From assembly GCA_001800245.1 (NCBI GenBank), contig MGVA01000008.1, forward strand, positions 2,702-66,701: a DNA stretch of 64,000 nucleotides. Direction: 5' to 3'. The notes beneath the pieces were generated by a model. The model had not been told where the DNA came from. It saw nothing but the letters and a program-made list of their open reading frames with translations, and made no database searches. The DNA is from Elusimicrobia bacterium RIFOXYA12_FULL_51_18. Its GTDB lineage: Bacteria; Elusimicrobiota; Elusimicrobia; Elusimicrobiales; UBA9959. Shown piece by piece: positions 43,747-53,602 of the stretch (position 1 is its first letter; every line of letters begins with the position of its first letter). A program made the translations under genes and the position numbers.

Positions 43747-44535
43747 TCAGACGATAGACCATCCTCCGTCTACCATTAAAGTATCGCCGGTAACATAAGC
43801 AGCCAGGCCGGAAGCCGCAAAAAGAACGCAGCCGGCCACATCTTCGGAATTCGCCATGCGCTTTAACGGAGTTTTCTCCGCATAATTGCGCACGAATTTC
43901 ATGTTCTGCCCATCGAACACGCCGCCGGGGCACACAGTATTCACCCTTATACCGTAAGGCCCGAAATAAGCCGCCAGATAACGGGTGAGGTTGATAACGC
44001 CGCCTTTTATAGCCGAATAAGCCATAGGAAGGGACAAGCCGGTATTCTTATAAACCCTTGCGTCCGGCCCTTGTACCCCGTAAATGGAGCCGATGTTGAT
44101 CACGCTACCGCCCCTTTTGCGCATCAGCAGGCAGGCCTTCCTGCTGAGCCACGCATAGGAATTAAGCTGCATATCAATATTCTTCCGCCATGAAGCAAGC
44201 TTCAAGGCCTCGGGACGCGCCGCCCAATCTTTGGTGCGGGGATACGCGTTATTGACAAACACATCGACATAGCCATATTTGGACCGCAGGGCGTCCATAG
44301 CCGCGTCAAGACGCTCCAGCTTCGCCAGATCGATATTCTCATAATTGACGTCCAATCCGGCCGTTCTGAGGCCTTTTTCAAAGGCCCGGCCGTTGACCCT
44401 GGCGATATCAACGGCTATAACTTTCGCGCCGGCCTGCGCCAAGGCCATACATATCTCGCGGCCTATCAGCCCCAATCCGCCGGTAACCACGGCCACCTTT
44501 CCGTCAAGTCTCATTTTGGCGATATAATCATTCAT
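43747..44535 (-). CDS. Classical short-chain dehydrogenase/reductase
   Basis: The ATG at 44535 (ATGAATGA overlap with the upstream stop). GKVAVVTGGLGLIG, NNAY, YSAIKGGV (YxxxK). Confidence 0.8.
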   Translation of the reverse strand: MNDYIAKMRLDGKVAVVTGGLGLIGREICMALAQAGAKVIAVDIARVNGRAFEKGLRTAGLDVNYENIDLAKLERLDAAMDALRSKYGYVDVFVNNAYPRTKDWAARPEALKLASWRKNIDMQLNSYAWLSRKACLLMRKRGGSVINIGSIYGVQGPDARVYKNTGLSLPMAYSAIKGGVINLTRYLAAYFGPYGIRVNTVCPGGVFDGQNMKFVRNYAEKTPLKRMANSEDVAGCVLFAASGLAAYVTGDTLMVDGGWSIV

Positions 44536-45244
44536 AATCAAATCCCCAGACGCCCTCTTTGACAAGATATTCGATGAAACGGAAATCCTCTTCCGTATCT
44601 ATGTCGTGCCCTGATATGCGGTCCATCACGTATATACCGGTATTCTCCGTAAAATAGGTCACGGGGTCAGTTTCAAAAAACGCCCGTTTACAAACATAAA
44701 TAGAGGCGTTCATGTCATACACCGCGGGAGCGTCCTGCCTGCGCAGTATCGGCGAGGCCGGCTTTTTGGAAAGACGGGCTATCCCCTCAGCGTCAAGCTC
44801 CACCATGTTGAAATAAGGGCTTTTATGAGCGGGCACGACGCTGAACAGCACTTGTTTTTTTTCGGCTACGGCTTTATTAAAGGCCAAGTCTATATCTGTG
44901 ACTTTGCGCAGCGGCGCGGTAGCGTCCAAATCTATGACATAATCGTATTTTTCGCCGTACAACTCTTCACATTTACGTACAGCATGGGCGATGACAGGGA
45001 TCTTCCCCGCGGCATCACCGGCAAGCTCCGCGGGCCGCATAAACGGCGCCAGCGCCCCCGCCTTGACCGCCGCGGCGGCTATATCCGGAGAATCGGTCGA
45101 CACCACCACCCTGGCGGCTTTCCCCCACTTAAGCGCCTGCAATACGGTATGAGCGATAAGAGGCTTCCCGCAAAGGCTGCGGATATTCTTGTTCTTTACC
45201 CCTTTTGACCCGCCTCTGGCGGCTATTGTAATGAGAATTTTCAT
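44528..45244 (-). CDS. legF: Acylneuraminate cytidylyltransferase family, CMP-legionaminic-acid synthetase-like
   Basis: ILITIAARGGSKGVKNKNIRSLCGKPLIAHTV. The gene lies at the end of the Leg-type gene set. Confidence 0.7.
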   Translation of the reverse strand: MKILITIAARGGSKGVKNKNIRSLCGKPLIAHTVLQALKWGKAARVVVSTDSPDIAAAAVKAGALAPFMRPAELAGDAAGKIPVIAHAVRKCEELYGEKYDYVIDLDATAPLRKVTDIDLAFNKAVAEKKQVLFSVVPAHKSPYFNMVELDAEGIARLSKKPASPILRRQDAPAVYDMNASIYVCKRAFFETDPVTYFTENTGIYVMDRISGHDIDTEEDFRFIEYLVKEGVWGFDYE

Positions 45245-45250
45245 GATCGT

Positions 45251-46420
45251 TCAGGGTCTTAAGTCGTAAAAAACCTTTTTAAGATCCGCCCCTTTTCTAA
45301 TACGTGCTTTCAGCACAGCAAATATCCGGGGGGAAGCTTTGCCGTCTCCATATGGATTTTTTGAAACACCGCATTTCTTAAGGAATCCGATAGTCAAACC
45401 TCTTTTTATCGCCGCCGCTATGTCCGCGGACCTGGGCGCGCAATCAATAACCGTCGGGCCCTGAACGCGTCCCCTCTGCCTGTCGCCGATGTTGACGGTG
45501 GGGATCCGGAAGGAAGGGGCCTCGATTATTCCGCTGGAAGAGTTGCCTATTACGATAGCGGCATGCTTCAGCAATGAAAGGTAACCTAATTGCCCGAGGG
45601 AAATAAAAGCCCGGGCCCTTTTGGAATTAGCGCGGACATAGCGTTTAACAAGTTTAACTATTTCACCGCGGCCGGTATCAGCGTTCGGCATGGTAAACAC
45701 CAGCTTAAGATCCGGGAAAAGGTCCAGCGCGTTCAAGAGAGCCAAAAATTGTTCCCCGGCAGACCCGGACTCGAGAGTAGCGGGATGGAACGTCACCGCG
45801 GCGACCGGCCCGTCAAAGACGATCCCCAGCCGGCGCTCCAGATCCGGTTTCTCCAGCAGTTTAAGCGTGCGTACGCTATCAAGACCGACGGCGCCGACCT
45901 TGAACACTCTAGACGGCTCTTCACCAAGTTGTATAACCCTTTTGCGGTATTTTTCCGTAGATGTAAAATGAAGCCAGCTCATCTTAGTTATGGAATGCCG
46001 GATAGATTCATCTATCACACCGAACGTTGATTCCCCTCCATGCAAATGTATTATCGGGATCCGCATCAGAACGGACGCTATGGCGGCGGAAAGGGCCTCG
46101 AATCTATCCCCCAGGATAACAACAGCGTCCGGTCCCAGTCGATCATAGGCGCGAGCAATACTCACAAGCCCGTCCGACATAGCGGCACAGAGGCCTGCCG
46201 GAGAATCGTTGCCCACCCTCATACGGGCTTTCATATCGATCTTGAAACCATCTTTAAGTATTTCCCGGTATGTCAGGCCGAACTTCGGTGAAAGGTGCGT
46301 TCCGGACGCAATCACCTGCAGCAAGGAGTCTTTATCGGCGCGTATCAGGCGCATCAGGGGCCTCAACAAGCCATATTCGGCCCGTGTGCCGGTAAAAACA
46401 CATATTTTAAACCGTCTCAT
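45251..46420 (-). CDS. legG: UDP/GDP-N-acetylhexosamine 2-epimerase (hydrolysing), NeuC/LegG-like
   Basis: The ATG at 46420 gives MRRFKICVFTGTRAEYGLLRPLM. Also IIHLHGGE and GNSSSGIIEAPSF. Confidence 0.75.
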   Translation of the reverse strand: MRRFKICVFTGTRAEYGLLRPLMRLIRADKDSLLQVIASGTHLSPKFGLTYREILKDGFKIDMKARMRVGNDSPAGLCAAMSDGLVSIARAYDRLGPDAVVILGDRFEALSAAIASVLMRIPIIHLHGGESTFGVIDESIRHSITKMSWLHFTSTEKYRKRVIQLGEEPSRVFKVGAVGLDSVRTLKLLEKPDLERRLGIVFDGPVAAVTFHPATLESGSAGEQFLALLNALDLFPDLKLVFTMPNADTGRGEIVKLVKRYVRANSKRARAFISLGQLGYLSLLKHAAIVIGNSSSGIIEAPSFRIPTVNIGDRQRGRVQGPTVIDCAPRSADIAAAIKRGLTIGFLKKCGVSKNPYGDGKASPRIFAVLKARIRKGADLKKVFYDLRP

Positions 46421-46445
46421 GCGGCTTCCTTCATAAAGACAAGCT

Positions 46446-47453
46446 TCACAATTTAACTTTTTCACCCGGCTTAAAACAACGAGGGGCCGGACGTCCTATG
46501 ACTTTATCCCATAGCATGGGCGACATCCCCCCGGCGGGCCGCATGGGAGCTATATTTTCCGCGGAAAACGCCTCACCTTTATTTATAGTCTTTATCGCCG
46601 TCAAACTTTTACGGACCACTTTGGCGTTACGCAACTCGCAAAGAGACGGCTTTTTAATTCCGGTTCCAAGAACCGCTTCGATATTCCTTACGGCTTTTAC
46701 CATGTCCCGGAACTCCCGGGGCTCCAGGCTTGCCTTGTGATCCGGACCTTTCATTTTCCGGTCAAGTGTAAGATGTTTCTCTATAACTTTTGCGCCAAGC
46801 GCCGCCGCCGCTAGAGAGACCTCTATACCTTCCGTATGATCAGAATACCCCACCCTGACCTTAAATTTCTTCGCTATGGTAAGCATAGCCGACAGATTCA
46901 CGTCTTTCATCGGGGCCGGATATTCGGTGCTGCAATGCAGCAAGACAATGTTTCGCCTGGTCGTACCGGCGGTTGTAAGAACTTTAAGAGCGGCGCCTAT
47001 CTCTTTCAGGGTCGCCATGCCGGTAGACAGGATGACCTTTCTGCGGGCGGCGCCGACTTTCCTGAGGTAGGGCAGGTTCGTTATCTCCCCGGAAGGGACC
47101 TTAATGATGCTCAGGCCTAGTTTCAGGAGAAAATCGACGCTTTCCGGGTCAAACGGAGAGGAGAGGAACCGTATCCCCAATTTACGGCAGTATGCCGACA
47201 GTATCCGGTGCGCAGGGCCGCTCAATTCTAGTTTTTTAAGCATCTGGAATTGGGAATCGGACAAGCCGGTGGTTTTTATCTGGTACGCCGCTTTTGGGGC
47301 AAAAGGTGTGACTAAACTGGAGGCCTTGAATGTCTGGAACTTAACGGCGTCAGCGCCGGCCATTTTGGCCGCAGCGGCCAGCTTTTTCGCGACAGCCAGG
47401 GAACCGTTATGGTTAACGCCCGCTTCGGCCACGATAAATACGCGTTTCTTCAT
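46446..47453 (-). CDS. legI: N-acetylneuraminate synthase family with SAF domain, LegI-like
   Basis: FIVAEAGVNHNGSLAVAKKL, AVKFQTF, YSDHTEG, and a C-terminal SAF-like segment (...INKGEAFSAENIAPMRP...KPGEKV). Confidence 0.8.
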   Translation of the reverse strand: MKKRVFIVAEAGVNHNGSLAVAKKLAAAAKMAGADAVKFQTFKASSLVTPFAPKAAYQIKTTGLSDSQFQMLKKLELSGPAHRILSAYCRKLGIRFLSSPFDPESVDFLLKLGLSIIKVPSGEITNLPYLRKVGAARRKVILSTGMATLKEIGAALKVLTTAGTTRRNIVLLHCSTEYPAPMKDVNLSAMLTIAKKFKVRVGYSDHTEGIEVSLAAAALGAKVIEKHLTLDRKMKGPDHKASLEPREFRDMVKAVRNIEAVLGTGIKKPSLCELRNAKVVRKSLTAIKTINKGEAFSAENIAPMRPAGGMSPMLWDKVIGRPAPRCFKPGEKVKL

Positions 47454-48091
47454 TTATTTTTAATTTTTTTAGCGGGATTTCCACAACAGATCACGCGGGC
47501 GGGAATATCCCTGACAACAATGCTGCCGGCCCCCACTACCGAATCAGCGCCTATTTTCAAATACTGCATGACCGCGCAACCAGTGCCTATATGAGCCCGG
47601 TTACCCACTTGCACTCCGCCGCTAAGCGCGGCGCCGGGCGCTATATGCGCGAAATCGCCTATGTTGCAGTCGTGCTCTATAATGGAGCCGGTGTTAAGTA
47701 TGCAGTGATCCCCTATCAAAGCACCGGGATTAACCACCGCCATCGGGCCGATATAATTACCGCAGCCCAGTGCCGCATATTCTGACACGACGGCGGACGG
47801 ATGAATAATATTCGGGAATTGAAAACCCGCTTTTTGCGCCAGGGTCCGGAGCTTTATCCGTCCTGAAGGGTCGCCGGTGCTGCCCAGGGTTATGCAGCAA
47901 AATCTGACGCCGCGGTCGAAATACGCGGTAAGATCGCTATCGCAGCCGGTTATGGGAACATCCAATACTTTTTGACCGACCCGGGCCTTAACATCCAGTA
48001 TGCCGGCCGGCGCGTAGACACCGGAGAGGCGTAAAGCGTTTATCACGCATTTCGCATGCCCGCCGCCGCCAAGAAGAAGGATCGGTTTCAT
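47450..48091 (-). CDS. legH: NeuD/PglD-family hexapeptide N-acetyltransferase, LegH-like
   Basis: ILLLGGGGHAKCVINAL N-terminal Rossmann-like domain followed by left-handed beta-helix repeats (IGDHCILNTGSIIEHDCNIGDFAHIAPG...). Confidence 0.75.
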   Translation of the reverse strand: MKPILLLGGGGHAKCVINALRLSGVYAPAGILDVKARVGQKVLDVPITGCDSDLTAYFDRGVRFCCITLGSTGDPSGRIKLRTLAQKAGFQFPNIIHPSAVVSEYAALGCGNYIGPMAVVNPGALIGDHCILNTGSIIEHDCNIGDFAHIAPGAALSGGVQVGNRAHIGTGCAVMQYLKIGADSVVGAGSIVVRDIPARVICCGNPAKKIKNK

Positions 48092-48093
48092 CG

Positions 48094-49155
48094 CTATTTA
48101 ACGCCAAGCCGCGCAAGGGTTTCCTGCAGTTGTTCCCATTGCCCGGTGTCGACCCAGGATTTGTCCGAGATCGGATAAACCCCCGTCTTAACGCCTTTTG
48201 CAAGACATTTATCTAGAAGTTCCGTCATGTGCATAAATGAGTTATCCGGGATTAGCTTCAAAATCCCGGGCTCCACCAGATACATGCCCGTATTCACCAG
48301 AAAATCATACTCCGGCTTTTCCCTGACGGCCGCCAAAGCCCCGCCCTTTTTTATATCGCAGACACCGTACGGGATGGTAAAATGCTTCATTGAACCCACA
48401 ATAGTTATTTTATTCCCGCTCTCCCGATGGAAACTAAGTATATCCGAATAATCCGCGTCGATAATAACGTCGCAGTTGCTGAGAAAAAAAGTAGTTTTTA
48501 TCTTTTGCCTGAGCAGATAAAGACTCCCGGCCGTTCCCAGCGGTTTAGGTTCTTCGATGAACTTAAGGTCGTAATCGCCCCGGACATCGCTGAAATACGC
48601 TTTTATCAGGTTGGCCCTAAAATTTATGGACATGTAAATATCGCGGCAGCCGTACTGGGAGAAACGCTGTATGATACATTGCGTCATCGTACTGTCGCCT
48701 ATCGGCATCAGAGGTTTTGGGAGTATATTGGTCAAGGGGGCCAGCCGCACGCCCTTCCCTCCGGCCATAATAACAACCGGCAGGTTCAGCTTATGAGTCT
48801 TATGCGCCTTATCCTTCAGGAAATCGAACCACCAGACGGCATTCTTCACGTGGCGCTGCCTGTCCACGACCGGAACGCACGCGAAGCGCTGTTCAACCAA
48901 CATAGCTTTGGCGGCCTCCTGTGAATACCCCTCTTCAAGGCAGTGAGGAGCCGGGTTCATTACGGAAGGGACTTTGGCGGTCAACCGTCCGCCTTTAAGT
49001 ATCCAGCGCCTTATATCCCCGTCGGAAAGGGACCCCAGCAGGATGTTCTGCGGGCCGATGACAAACACAATCTTCTCCCCGCCTTCATCCATCTTTTTCA
49101 GCGCCTGCTTAACCGTGAGCTCCGGGCTGATCAGTATTTTTTTTATCTTCTGCAT
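48094..49155 (-). CDS. ptmE: CBS-pair + sugar-phosphate nucleotidyltransferase, PtmE-like
   Basis: The ATG at 49155 gives MQKIKKILISPELTVKQALKKMDEGG (CBS). Then VVIMAGGKGVRLAPLTNILPKPL (NTP-transferase G-loop). Confidence 0.65.
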   Translation of the reverse strand: MQKIKKILISPELTVKQALKKMDEGGEKIVFVIGPQNILLGSLSDGDIRRWILKGGRLTAKVPSVMNPAPHCLEEGYSQEAAKAMLVEQRFACVPVVDRQRHVKNAVWWFDFLKDKAHKTHKLNLPVVIMAGGKGVRLAPLTNILPKPLMPIGDSTMTQCIIQRFSQYGCRDIYMSINFRANLIKAYFSDVRGDYDLKFIEEPKPLGTAGSLYLLRQKIKTTFFLSNCDVIIDADYSDILSFHRESGNKITIVGSMKHFTIPYGVCDIKKGGALAAVREKPEYDFLVNTGMYLVEPGILKLIPDNSFMHMTELLDKCLAKGVKTGVYPISDKSWVDTGQWEQLQETLARLGVK

Positions 49156-50333
49156 AATTTTCCCAAAAACCCGCAAACCCGCCTGATATCCCCGCCTGTC
49201 AGAGAAACGCTGCAGGGCAGATTCAAAGTCCTCTCCCAAAACCATAAAGCCCGGCTTATTTTATAAGCCTGGTTGCGGGAATACGGCTTTTGCAGGTGGT
49301 TCAAACGCCAGACCGGACGGGTCTGTATGCCGACGCGTTCAAGCCCTACCATCAGACTTTCCCTGTCGCGGCCATACGCCGCCTTATCCACAAGCACGGA
49401 ATAGAACCAGTGATTGGGCGAGGTATGCTCCGGAGCGCCCAGAAATGTTATCCCGTCTATATCGCTTAAATGTTCCGCGTAACTGCGGTAATTCCTTTTT
49501 TTGATCTCAATAAAGGCATGAAGCTGCTCCATCTGGGCCACTCCCAAAGCGGCCTGCAAATTTGTAAGCCGGAAATTATAGCCGATCTCGTTGTGGACAT
49601 AGCGGACAGCATCGTCTTTTGCCTGGGTCGTAAGATACTTGGCCCTGTCGGCCATGGCTTTGCTGCCTGTAACTATCATTCCCCCGCCGCCGGTCGTTAT
49701 TATTTTATTGCCGTTAAATGAAAACACTCCGAAGTCGCCGATCGTTCCAGTAAACCGGTTTTTGCAGGGCCCGTCCGTATAGTAAGAGCCAAGGCTTTCG
49801 GTCGCATCCTCTACGACTTTCAAGCGGTGCTTGCGGGCGAGCCGCATGATCGCGGCAATGTCGCAGGGATTACCGAAGACATGGACAAGCAATATCGCTT
49901 TTATCCGCCTGCCGGTTCTCCTGTTTACAACCCCGGATTTTTCCGTCCGGCATTGGGTTTCTAAAAAATCCTCAAGCTTTACCGGGTCAAGATTCATGAA
50001 ATTGTCGCAGTCCATGAAAACCGGCTCGGCGCCAAGATATTTGACAGCGTTAACAGGAGCTATAAAGGTCAGCGTAGGGACCAATACCTCATCCCCCTGT
50101 TTCACTCCGCACAACTTTAAACTTACGTATATTCCGACCGTCCCGTTCGAAACCGCCACCGCATGCTTGCCCTTTGTATATCCGCATATTTTCCGCTCGA
50201 AAACCCCGACATATTTTCCGGCGGCGGAAACCCAGCCGGTATCCAGGCAGTCCTTAACATATTTCCATGCGTTCCCCGTTATGCATGGCACGGACAATGG
50301 TATTGCCGCGGTTTTAGGCGGTCTAATGGGCAT
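49143..50333 (-). CDS. legC: DegT/DnrJ/EryC1-family aminotransferase, LegC-like
   Basis: IPLSVPCITGNAWKYVKDCLDTGWVSAAGKYV resembles the LegC N-terminal signature. FSFNGNKIITTGGGGM contains the catalytic Lys region. Confidence 0.75.
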   Translation of the reverse strand: MPIRPPKTAAIPLSVPCITGNAWKYVKDCLDTGWVSAAGKYVGVFERKICGYTKGKHAVAVSNGTVGIYVSLKLCGVKQGDEVLVPTLTFIAPVNAVKYLGAEPVFMDCDNFMNLDPVKLEDFLETQCRTEKSGVVNRRTGRRIKAILLVHVFGNPCDIAAIMRLARKHRLKVVEDATESLGSYYTDGPCKNRFTGTIGDFGVFSFNGNKIITTGGGGMIVTGSKAMADRAKYLTTQAKDDAVRYVHNEIGYNFRLTNLQAALGVAQMEQLHAFIEIKKRNYRSYAEHLSDIDGITFLGAPEHTSPNHWFYSVLVDKAAYGRDRESLMVGLERVGIQTRPVWRLNHLQKPYSRNQAYKISRALWFWERTLNLPCSVSLTGGDIRRVCGFLGKLCRR

Positions 50334-50397
50334 AGCGGGACCCCTTCCCGGGGAATTTACCCACAGGTGGACACCGTAGCGCGGTTTCCCCTACCTC

Positions 50398-50420
50398 GTT
50401 ACGGCACAGCCATAGGCTAG
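50398..50420. repeat. Junction repeat copy gttacggcacagccataggctag (inverted copy of the 5.4-kb unit)
   Basis: Its reverse complement ctagcctatggctgtgccgt is identical over 20 nt to about 5419-5438. It overlaps the TAG stop of the 50417..51415 gene. Confidence 0.8.
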
Positions 50421-51415
50421 ACATTATATGCATCCCATTTATAGTTCTTTATGTTTTCGGGATCCTTGAACCAGTCGATCGTTGCGGAAAGTCCTTTTTC
50501 CAGCGAGACGGCCGGCTTCCAGCCTGTAAGTTCCTTGATCCGCCCGTTATCGCACAAAAGTCTTTCCACCTCGCTGTTTTCGGGCCGTTTGCGCAGATCG
50601 TCCGGAATTATGTCGGCTTTTTTACCCATCGCGGAAATAATAAGTTCCGCTAAAGCTTTTATCGTTATCTCCCGACCGGAACCTATATTTACGGTTTTCC
50701 CAATAGCCGGATCGCATTTTGCCAACGCTATGAATCCGGCGCAGATGTCCGACACATAATTAAGGTCCCGCGTGGGATGCAGTGCGCCAAGCTTGATCTC
50801 TTTGGAACCTTTGACCAACTGGGTTATAATGGTCGGAATAATGGCTCTGGCCGACTGCCTGGGCCCGTAAGTGTTAAATGGCCTGGCGGTAACAACAGGC
50901 AATTTAAACGAGAGATAAAAGGACTCGGCTATTTTATCGGCCCCGATCTTACTGGCGGAATATGGAGACTGTCCCTGCAAGGGGTGTTTTTCGTCTATCG
51001 GCGCATATTTAGCCGTGCCATAGACTTCCGAGGTGGATGTTATTATGACCCGTCCGGTATTAAAATCACGGGCCGCCTGGAGCACGTTCAGCGTCCCTTT
51101 TACGTTCGTATCTATGTACGAGTCAGGTGAATGATAGGAGAATGGTATACCGATAAGGGCGGCGAGATGAAAAACGGCGTCAACCCCCTTCATCGCCGAA
51201 CGTACGCCATTCGGGTCCCGGATATCTCCTGAAAAGATCTCCACGCTTTTCAGTTTTTCCTTAGGGAACGTGTCCAGCCAGCCGCATGAACTGAATGAGT
51301 TGTAATAAACAAAAGCTTTTACCCTGGCTCCCTCTTCCAAAAGCGCCTCGACCAGGTGGCTGCCTATAAAACCGTCCGCTCCGGTGACAAGAACTTCTCG
51401 ATTTTTTAAGTCCAT
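50417..51415 (-). CDS. legB: NAD-dependent NDP-N-acetylglucosamine 4,6-dehydratase, LegB-like
   Basis: VLVTGADGFIGSHLVEALLEEGARVKAFVYYNSFSSCGWLD, YSASKIGADK. Confidence 0.75.
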   Translation of the reverse strand: MDLKNREVLVTGADGFIGSHLVEALLEEGARVKAFVYYNSFSSCGWLDTFPKEKLKSVEIFSGDIRDPNGVRSAMKGVDAVFHLAALIGIPFSYHSPDSYIDTNVKGTLNVLQAARDFNTGRVIITSTSEVYGTAKYAPIDEKHPLQGQSPYSASKIGADKIAESFYLSFKLPVVTARPFNTYGPRQSARAIIPTIITQLVKGSKEIKLGALHPTRDLNYVSDICAGFIALAKCDPAIGKTVNIGSGREITIKALAELIISAMGKKADIIPDDLRKRPENSEVERLLCDNGRIKELTGWKPAVSLEKGLSATIDWFKDPENIKNYKWDAYNV

Positions 51416-51432
51416 AATTTAAGCCCTGAGCC

Positions 51433-52482
<1,050 letters not shown>

Positions 52483-52595
52483 TTAACGGAACTAAACCGA
52501 TACCGCTTTTTGACTGGATATATAAAGCGGTCAATATGTCCTGAAAAGCGGCAAGTTTTCTCCTGCTTTTATCAGATCTTATCCTGATCTGGGTT

Positions 52596-53078
52596 TCAGA
52601 GGTCAAACTCGCTTTTTTTGCCTATAACCATGATCTTCGCCAATGTCACCATCCTGGCCATCAGAAGCACCGCGGATTTGCCGGTAAAATAGCGGCCGCC
52701 GTGCGAAAGTATCTGCCCGTTTTTGAGCAGCCTTGCCATTCTTACCGCCAAGATCTCCCTACTATTATATCTTCGCAGTATTTCGGGTTCCGAAAGGCCT
52801 TCGAGACGCTCATAAAGCTCTCTAACCAGCCTTATCCGGCGGGCTGTCTCGCCCAGATTTAAAAAATGGAAATAGCAATACCCGAAAGCGCCATAACACA
52901 GAATATCGCCCGGAAGCCGGGCGGTGAACCCGGAAAAACATATAACCGGCACAAGGCCGGCGGCAAAGCCCGCGAAAATGGAACGCAGCAGCGAACTAAA
53001 CGCCCTGGAAAGCGCGACCTGCACAAAAACATTTATAAGCAGGCCGAACACCGGAAGCAGCGCGCCCATAATAGTCAT
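52596..53078 (-). CDS. Small membrane protein B (3-4 TM plus basic C-terminal tail), paralog of 53075..53599
   Basis: Hydrophobic N-terminal half, then ARRIRLVRELYE...GGRYFTGKSAVLLMARM. 4-nt overlap with the upstream paralog. Confidence 0.55.
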   Translation of the reverse strand: MTIMGALLPVFGLLINVFVQVALSRAFSSLLRSIFAGFAAGLVPVICFSGFTARLPGDILCYGAFGYCYFHFLNLGETARRIRLVRELYERLEGLSEPEILRRYNSREILAVRMARLLKNGQILSHGGRYFTGKSAVLLMARMVTLAKIMVIGKKSEFDL

Positions 53079-53599
53079 CCGCCCTTCCCCCTGCCCAGCA
53101 GTGCCCTGTAAAAAATGAATAGCCTGGCGAATATAACGCCTTTGGAAGTCAGACGATATTTGCCGTTATCCATATAAGCCATCTTATCCAGGACCAGGTC
53201 CCTGATCCTCGGCTTCACAAGCTTGTCGTCGTTGACAAATTCGTTGAATTCGCTTTCCGCCATCCCCCCTGGCCCCGCTCCGGCCACCGTCATGGCGATG
53301 ACCAGCGAAGGACTGTCGGCTTCCAGAGCCGAGTAGGTTATCATGTAGGAAAGGATGAGCGAAATATCAAGCAGCGCCAGGTGCAGGTAATCGCCGGCGG
53401 TCACGGGGCAGGGTAAACCATAAAGCCAGGCCAGGGAACTGCCATAGGCCCGGAGCAACAGCAATACCGCGCCAAGCGCGCAGAACATGATCAGCAGGAG
53501 GGTTTTTGTCTGTCTTTTCGGGAGTTTTATCCGCCAGACCGCCAGGTGTATGAAAAACGAAACCAGAAAGGCCCCGCCCCCCCATATCAAAGTGGCCAT
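53075..53599 (-). CDS. Small membrane protein A (3-4 TM plus basic C-terminal tail)
   Basis: Hydrophobic N-terminal half, then KPRIRDLVLDKM...NGKYRLTSKGVIFARL. Starts 3 nt after the stop of the radical SAM gene. Confidence 0.55.
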   Translation of the reverse strand: MATLIWGGGAFLVSFFIHLAVWRIKLPKRQTKTLLLIMFCALGAVLLLLRAYGSSLAWLYGLPCPVTAGDYLHLALLDISLILSYMITYSALEADSPSLVIAMTVAGAGPGGMAESEFNEFVNDDKLVKPRIRDLVLDKMAYMDNGKYRLTSKGVIFARLFIFYRALLGRGKGG

Positions 53600-53602
53600 A
53601 TT

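Noticed and set aside
53577-53583. The C7/G7 run at the 5' end of 53075..53599 as a phase-variation tract.
   Set aside because: Seven residues is short for efficient slippage and not exceptional at this GC content. It is noted only within the related finding.
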